Assembly: GCA_964019335.1 (NCBI GenBank)
Contig: OZ025690.1
Span: 310,001 to 374,000 of the forward strand
Direction: 5' to 3'
DNA from: Diplonema japonicum
Lineage: Eukaryota > Protista > Euglenozoa: Diplonemea
Length of the DNA: 64,000 bases
Below, piece after piece: positions 57,827 through 64,000 of this stretch (its first letter is position 1; every line of letters begins with the position of its first letter). The position numbers and the translations under genes are program-made. The notes under the pieces are model-generated. The model worked only from the letters and a program-made list of their open reading frames with translations, had not been told where the DNA came from and did not search any database.

Positions 57827-59677
57827 TTAATCCCCCGACAGTGAGGCTCCGGGCTTTGGAATTATCGGAAAGACATGTGCTTCGGTGTTGAGGACGTACT
57901 TGTCCAAGGGCAATACTGTGTCGTTGCTGAAGAGGAGGTAGAGGTACTTTAGCGTCTCTGCGGTGAAAAAGCTTTCCATGGAGTTCTTCGGAGGCGAATG
58001 GGGTGAGGTGACCGACTCCAACCCGTGGTAACCAGCCGAAGGATGCTTGCAATGACGCTCTACCGCAGTGAAGATCTTCCAACCGACATCCCGGTACCTC
58101 TCGTCATTTGTAAGACGGTGTAGGTAGAACAACGATTCCACTGTTTCCGGCCGAAGCAAGTAAAACTTTGTAACGGGTATGACCTTTCCATCCATGACCA
58201 AAGATTCCTCCGGTGCGAGGCCTGTGATGGTGTTGTGCATTTCTATACAGGTTTCCATGAGCTCCACGGCGAGCTTTTTCAAACCGATTTTTTCGCCCCA
58301 CCCACCCGACCGTTTCCCTCTTGCGCCTTCGTTTGTAACAGATGACAGCAGATCCAACGCAATGAGACCTGGGAAGAAACATGACAGATGGTCCATTTTG
58401 TGACGCAGCTCGGAATTGAAAAGCTGGCCTGTGAAGTACCTCTTCCCGCTCCTGCCGACCAACCATTTCCGGATCCCCGACAACGAGGTGTCCCACATGC
58501 TGCGATACTTATCGAAAGATTTTTTTTTCGACGAGAAAATCCATTGTTTGAGAAGATACTCGTAGTGGGAATCACCCATACCCCCCAACCCGTATAGTGA
58601 CGACGCGAAATTCCCCGACGACGGTGACACAAACAAAGGGTAAAGCCCATCCTTGTACCCTCGTCGAAGTGGGTTCGTCAGGGAATCGAACGCCGTCGTA
58701 GCAGCTAGGTCGTACCGCGGATCTCCTGTAAGCCATGACGCAAACCTGAACTCAAGCTGTAATGTCCCCACCTCAGACAGAATAGCATGATCGCGAGTCC
58801 ACGGGTAATTCTTCACCTTACCCTCAACAGGGTTGTATAGTGAATAGGGTATCCCCGTCTTTGTTTTGTTAAATGCGGGCATGAGTGCGTCCAAGATTTG
58901 AATAGCTTTATCCATCAGACCCTTGTCGTGGGAAAGTGTGTATGCGGAAAGCAGTCCGCCGACGACGCGGATAGTCGTTTCGAAGATTGATATGAACCCG
59001 TTTTTCGAGGTCACGTTTAGGTTCTGAGGTGTTTTGACCCATTGAACGGCGTCGCTGAATTCGTCGTGTAGACCTGTGATGTACAGTGTGTCAAGGGAGT
59101 CGATTAAGGTGAGCCCCAGCCCGTTTTCGACCCAATCGTGGTATGTGCTTGTGAAGGGTTTTGCTTCGTCATGCCCCCATGCGGATTCTGTGTAGCATTT
59201 CCAGGCGTGTTTGAGTGCTGTCACTACCGATTTTGCACGTTCTGGCATATTGGTTTCCGGGATTGGTTTGTATTTGGGAAGGTTGACCCCTAGCCTCCGT
59301 AGGGGATTGGCGTCTTCGTTGAGCGGGATTTTTTGGTTTGGGTTGGTGTCTGGTTTTGGTTGTGTGCGGTCTGGTTCGAGGGGTTTTCCGTTAGATGTTG
59401 TTTGGGGGCGCATTCCCAGCCTGTTGAGGTCGCGTTCCCGCTTCTCGTCCATTTCCAAGATTAGCTTCAAGCGTTCGTCGGGAGAAGAGCCTGCACCCCA
59501 GGAGCCGTCCTCTACTTCCCCTATGAGAGCAGAGGACGATGATGATGATGACGGTGGTGACCCAATCACTCCTTGCTTCCTTCTCGAGAGCGAGCCTAGT
59601 TGGCACGTCCATACAATGAAGGCTGCTGCTGTTAAGGCTGCAAGGGCCTTGAGCGTGGCCGCGTCTCCTGACTTCAT
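57827..59677 (-). CDS. Class I alpha-1,2-mannosidase (GH47)
   Basis: Type II TM; AWGHDE, TLIDSLDTL, FETTIRVVGGLLSAY, EVGTLQLEF, DSHYEYLLK, LRPETVES, MESFFTAETLKY, NTEAH. Confidence 0.96.
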   Translation of the reverse strand: MKSGDAATLKALAALTAAAFIVWTCQLGSLSRRKQGVIGSPPSSSSSSSALIGEVEDGSWGAGSSPDERLKLILEMDEKRERDLNRLGMRPQTTSNGKPLEPDRTQPKPDTNPNQKIPLNEDANPLRRLGVNLPKYKPIPETNMPERAKSVVTALKHAWKCYTESAWGHDEAKPFTSTYHDWVENGLGLTLIDSLDTLYITGLHDEFSDAVQWVKTPQNLNVTSKNGFISIFETTIRVVGGLLSAYTLSHDKGLMDKAIQILDALMPAFNKTKTGIPYSLYNPVEGKVKNYPWTRDHAILSEVGTLQLEFRFASWLTGDPRYDLAATTAFDSLTNPLRRGYKDGLYPLFVSPSSGNFASSLYGLGGMGDSHYEYLLKQWIFSSKKKSFDKYRSMWDTSLSGIRKWLVGRSGKRYFTGQLFNSELRHKMDHLSCFFPGLIALDLLSSVTNEGARGKRSGGWGEKIGLKKLAVELMETCIEMHNTITGLAPEESLVMDGKVIPVTKFYLLRPETVESLFYLHRLTNDERYRDVGWKIFTAVERHCKHPSAGYHGLESVTSPHSPPKNSMESFFTAETLKYLYLLFSNDTVLPLDKYVLNTEAHVFPIIPKPGASLSGD

Positions 59678-60572
59678 TTTTTTTTTCTTTTGGTGTGTAA
59701 ACTGTTGTTGTGGGATAGTCGAGAGGGGGAAAAAAAAAAGAAATGGTGTTGGGATATAAAGGGGGACAACAAAGGGGTAATGGTGGTGGTGGGGGGGGAT
59801 AAAAAAAAACGATATTTTGCAGTAAAAAAAAAAAGAAAGGGGAAAAAAAAAAGAAGAAAAAAAAAAAGAACATGGGACAGGGAAAAAAAAAAAAAAAAAA
59901 ACACTTTTTTTTTCTTCATTTTTGATTTCGTTCTTTTTTTTCTTTTTCCTTCTGCTTTAAAAAAGGCAAGACTGGGGAGGGGGGAGCACCTTGAGCTATG
60001 AGCATAAAATAAAAAAAAAAAGAAAAGATATAGTTTTCGCTAATGTAAGAGAAATCGAATACTAGAGTGTTTTTTTTCTTTTTCTTCTTTTGTGATCAAT
60101 TTTGCGACAGTTGCTTGCTAATAAACCACTCGTTGGGTAGGTGCAAGGAATCCTAAACTTAGAATCGACTTAATTATAGCTCTGGTGAGGGAGGGAGAGG
60201 GGGGGGGGGGGGGGGGGGTTTCCCGGTCTTCATTCCCCATGGTTCCCTCTTATTTTCTCTTTTTTCTTTCAACGCAATTTGGAGCAAAATTGAATAAACT
60301 TTTCATCCATTTGTGCCTTTCTTTTCTTTTTTTCCCTCTTTTTTTTTCCCGTCCCGTAGTTTCTTAACTAGCGAGCGGGAAGAAAAAGAAAAAGAAAAAG
60401 AAAAAAGAAGAACAAAAACAAAACACAAGTTTGTATGCTTCACCATTTTCCACGAATCCTCACTGCACCTGCTTTCCCCCCTCTTTTTTTTCTTTTTTTA
60501 AAATAGAGCACCCAGAGGGGGTGTCCTGGAGGGAGGGCTGGGGTTAGGTTAGAAACAGGCCAAGATATCCTC

Positions 60573-60603
<31 letters not shown>

Positions 60604-60766
60604 TTCTTCTTTGTAGCTCACAACAAAACTAACCTGGGTACCAGCTGGAAAATAAAGGAGGAAGAAGGGGGGTGAAGAAGAGGAAAAAAAAAAGAAAGAG
60701 GGACAAAGTATCACCCATTGTCAACAAAAGAAATCCCTCCCCTTCCCTTTACCTCTTTCATTTCTA

Positions 60767-60807
<41 letters not shown>

Positions 60808-61175
60808 GGTGGTGGCGCTCGGGTGTGGGGTCACGAGAGTTCAAAAAAAAAAAAAAAAAAAAAAAAAATAGGCCAGGTTGGAAATGTAAACGGAGAGAGA
60901 ATACAAAATAAATAAGGGGGAAAAAAAAAAAGAAGAAAAACAAACTTCACTATGATGGGAGGGTAAGAAGTCAGTCAAAAAATAACCGACTAAAAAAAGA
61001 AGAAAAAAAAATTACAAAACTGAAAAAAAAAAAAAAAAAAAATACAAAGAGCCAGACCCAAGAGAACAGAATCCTTTACCCTCTTAAAAAACCCCCCCCC
61101 CCCCCTTTCTTTTTATACAATTTTTCTTAACCCACTCTGAGAAGAGAATTTAAAAAAAAAAAAAAAAAAAAAAGC

Positions 61176-61820
61176 TCACGCTATGAGCTTGAGACTCCGC
61201 TTCAAGTCATCTTTGATTTGCACAATAATCATAGTCATATTGTCGCATCCGATACCAGGCGCACTTTTTTTTTTTTTTTTTTTTTTAAATTTCCAGATGA
61301 ACAATACCTAGGAGCGAGGCATTTATCAAACGCTTTCTCGCAAATGGCGGCAAGGTCGGAGGTACTCCGGAGCTCGTTGTTCACAAAGGTCACCACCTCG
61401 TCATTACTCATACAATCCCAGATACCATCGCAGGCTAGCACAATGAAGTCATCCTCGGCAGTGAGCTGCTCCATAATCACATCAGGCTTGGGTGAGATAA
61501 TCTGGTGTTCCGGCGCCAAATCTTTATTTTGCTTGAACTCAAAATCACCTATAGCACGCGAGAGCGCAAGGTTCCCATTGGCACGCCCAGCCTGCACGAA
61601 CCCACCAGCTTTCTGAATACGGCTCATCTCACCTTCATTCGTTGGCTTATGGTCGTAAGAAAGAGCAACTGCTTTCCCCCCTCTGCTTAACACGCATCTG
61701 CTGTCCCCTGCATTGGCACAGTACACTGCCCCTGCATCAGTAATGAGACACGAGACGGCGGTGCAGCCGGAGCCGTCTGCCCTGTTGTTTTGCTGAAGCT
61801 CGTGATCGGTATCGAGGAAG

Positions 61821-61872
<52 letters not shown>

Positions 61873-62200
61873 TGTACCTCGACCAAAGCTTGTTCGTACT
61901 GGCTTTCTTTGAAGTGTTTACTCGTTGTGATTTTCTTGTGCAGCTCGTCCCCGCAGTACCGCGCTGTTTGTTGCCCGCAATGCCCGTCATAAACGGCGTA
62001 AAAAGAGTGTTCTGGTGCATCCGGTGCCATGCTCAGTAGCGTGGTGTGCGCATCCTCCATTCCTTTCCTCCATCTAATGGTGTGGTTTTTTTTTTTTTTT
62101 TTGCATACCCTTGCATTCCGGATGCCCCAACCCTATAATTTGCATTCTCGAACTGCTGGGAGTATTTATCCGTGACAGGCTTCGCAAGAGTATCACCCAT
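61176..62200 (-). CDS. Protein phosphatase 2C (Ptc2/PPM1 type), 4 exons
   Basis: Introns 62074-62108 (35 nt), 61823-61877 (55 nt), 61264-61307 (44 nt) restore MQGWRKGMEDAH, VYDGHCG, ANAGDSR, LSRAIGD, ACDGIWD, GCDNMT. Confidence 0.95.
61823..61877 (-). other. 55-nt intron consisting of GTACAC, a pure A-run, and G
   Basis: Removing it restores the PP2C frame (QALVE|AFLDTD). Confidence 0.9.
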
Positions 62201-62260
62201 TTTCTTTTTTTTTTTTTTTTTTATATTATTCTTCCCTTAGCGTGCTTAGAGGGAACCGGG

Positions 62261-62293
<33 letters not shown>

Positions 62294-62330
62294 TGTAATG
62301 TAATGGTTTTTCTTCTTCCTTTTTTTTTTT

Positions 62331-63431
62331 TCAATGCATTGTTACGCAAAGTCCCTCGTCGCACATCGAAGCAGCAGGGAAAAGCAAACCCCGCACGTTA
62401 TTGAAAGCCACACCAAAACAGTCATTATTGCGTGAGAAGCTGATGGTGCACTCCGTGAAGTCAAGACGAACAGTAATAGTGTCACCCGGGGCGCAGGCCT
62501 GCCCGTACGTATAACACTGGGACCCATCCCATCTGAAACCATTATCCTGGAAACAGTAGGAATATGGTGTATTCCCAAGGTGTGTGCTCGAGAGGTTGTG
62601 GGTGCTGCTTGTTACGCCCACCATCACTGTGGACGGGATAAACTCACTATTGTCCTTACTTCCAATTTGAAATCTCCACTCGTGCAATCCGGATGAAGCT
62701 CCTTCAGTACACAACACTGTGGACCACCCTGGTATGGAATGGTATGCTGTTTTACAATCGGAGGAAATCTCGAATTTCGGGGAATTCTGCCTCCAAGTGG
62801 GCGAGCTGATGGTGGGTTCCTCTCCCCCAATATGACAACAGCTGACATGCCGCCGAATTTCGCTTAGATCGTTGTGAAGTGTGGATAACTGGGCATGACG
62901 CGAAATTTCTAGTTTCTCCAACCTAGCCTCCAGGTTCTCGTTTGCTTCTGTTAGTTTTGCTATCATTGCTGCGTCCCTTGCCCGTTGTATAACAAGCGCG
63001 GCGGTAAATTCTTTCGTCAGCAGCCTGAGATGCTCACCGACACTGGTTTCAGCATGGTGCTTGACATCCCCCTCGACACCTGTGAACCCACACCCCACAC
63101 AGCTGTAGCCGCATTCAATAGGTGCGAACCCGCATTTTTTCAAATGTTGAGTAAAGTATTCTGCGTATTTTCCTTCCCAGTCGCAGTTTTCGTTGCAGCA
63201 CTTGACAGGGATCTCGTTGATCTGCCTGTTGGCTCTGTGGTCGGGGCGCAAGCTGTAGTCCTTTCGTCTGCACAGCGGGCATTCTCTTGAAGTTTCCTTC
63301 GCTCTGTCGATGCACTCCTTGCAAAATAAATGGCCGCACTCCTCTGTTACCTGTGCTTCCCTTGCAACGTCTTTGCACACACCGCAACGCAGGTCGGCAG
63401 CCACTTCTTCTCTGTATTTTGGTTCGTCCAT
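62331..63431 (-). CDS. RING finger + TRAF-type zinc finger + coiled coil + SPRY protein (putative E3 ligase)
   Basis: CGVC..CGHLFCKEC..CPLC; CCNENCDW..HLKKC; C-terminal SPRY-like GDTITVRLDF..ISFSRN..FGVAF..LFPAASM. Confidence 0.88.
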   Translation of the reverse strand: MDEPKYREEVAADLRCGVCKDVAREAQVTEECGHLFCKECIDRAKETSRECPLCRRKDYSLRPDHRANRQINEIPVKCCNENCDWEGKYAEYFTQHLKKCGFAPIECGYSCVGCGFTGVEGDVKHHAETSVGEHLRLLTKEFTAALVIQRARDAAMIAKLTEANENLEARLEKLEISRHAQLSTLHNDLSEIRRHVSCCHIGGEEPTISSPTWRQNSPKFEISSDCKTAYHSIPGWSTVLCTEGASSGLHEWRFQIGSKDNSEFIPSTVMVGVTSSTHNLSSTHLGNTPYSYCFQDNGFRWDGSQCYTYGQACAPGDTITVRLDFTECTISFSRNNDCFGVAFNNVRGLLFPAASMCDEGLCVTMH

Positions 63432-63595
63432 GTTCCTCTTGACATGGTTTTTTTTTTTTTTTTTCCCCGAAAAGGGGAGGGGGGGAAGGTTAAGAACTCA
63501 CATATTGCACGCACGTACGCACACACCCCTTTCCCCCGTTGTGTAAAAACCGTTTTTTTTTTCTTTTTTTTTTTTCCTCTTTTTTTTTTTCTCTC

Positions 63596-63970
63596 TTAAT
63601 TCGCAATAAGCGTATTCCCCTTTTGAAAAGTAGCGCCGCTGCCACGGACCCGCATGGCTACATAGCTTTTGCTACCGTCAACATTGCGGCCTTTGCGTTC
63701 GACATCGTACACGCCTTTTGTGTGTGTTTTTTTTTTTTTTTTTTTCCCCGACACACACCATCGCTCAAGATCTGTGGGGCGATAAAGGTCCCCTTCTGAC
63801 TCACAAACGTCCCGGACCCCATTCCTGGGAGCCATGAGGTCAACCCTTGTAGAAAACCTACTCGCGAGTCTGGCCTCCTTAAGGTGTGTTACAAACAAAC
63901 AAAAGGCAACATACTGAACCCCCGGACTGCTATACACCTTCGTAGGTGGCATGTTGTCCCCACCCGCATC
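63596..63970 (-). CDS. 3' part of a multi-exon hypothetical gene running in from beyond the window
   Basis: Removing GT-AG introns 63878-63914 (37 nt) and 63715-63758 (44 nt) gives a continuous frame ...PGVQRPDSRVGFLQ...ILSDGVYDVERK...LIAN*. Confidence 0.5.
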   Translation of the reverse strand, partial: DAGGDNMPPTKVYSSPGVQYVAFCLFVTHLKEARLASRFSTRVDLMAPRNGVRDVCESEGDLYRPTDLERWCVSGKKKKKKTHTKGVYDVERKGRNVDGSKSYVAMRVRGSGATFQKGNTLIAN

Positions 63971-64000
63971 CTGACGTTGCGTGGTTTACCAAAGCCAGGC

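Noticed and set aside
60541-60552. Interstitial telomeric repeat GGGTTAGGTTAG
   Set aside because: Fewer than two perfect units; expected by chance.
61176-62200. Programmed frameshifting, non-canonical introns or stop-codon reassignment to explain split ORFs
   Set aside because: Every break in a host gene is resolved by a canonical GT-AG intron, and TAA, TAG and TGA all end genes normally.

Overview
Eukaryotic genomic DNA with very long A/T and G/C homopolymer runs in the non-coding parts. About 22 protein-coding genes all lie on the minus strand across the whole 64 kb. This directional layout and the protein repertoire suggest a euglenozoan, probably a diplonemid (inference only). Recognisable products: UBA3, a giant secreted Pro/Thr-repeat GH18 chitinase, APH-1, a P1B Cu-ATPase, GT4 and GT-A-like glycosyltransferases, a GH47 mannosidase, PP2C, a RING/TRAF/SPRY protein, an RRM/RS protein, and three apparent pseudoenzymes (kinesin, Nudix, metacaspase). 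I reconstructed 14 tiny GT-AG introns (35-55 nt) by hand; most are built around poly(A) or AC-rich tracts rather than polypyrimidine tracts. Four DNA-element relics are present: a piggyBac deletion derivative, a Sola2-like element, a foldback/MITE with arrayed 30-bp repeats, and a palindromic Crypton-like element. An 11-kb gene-poor stretch holds a highly structured, roughly 360-nt plus-strand non-coding RNA candidate with C/D boxes and a single-stranded AACCCUA(GCC) segment inside a trypanosome-like template-core fold. It is a candidate telomerase RNA and is my top finding. All assignments come from motif reading; no database searches were run.
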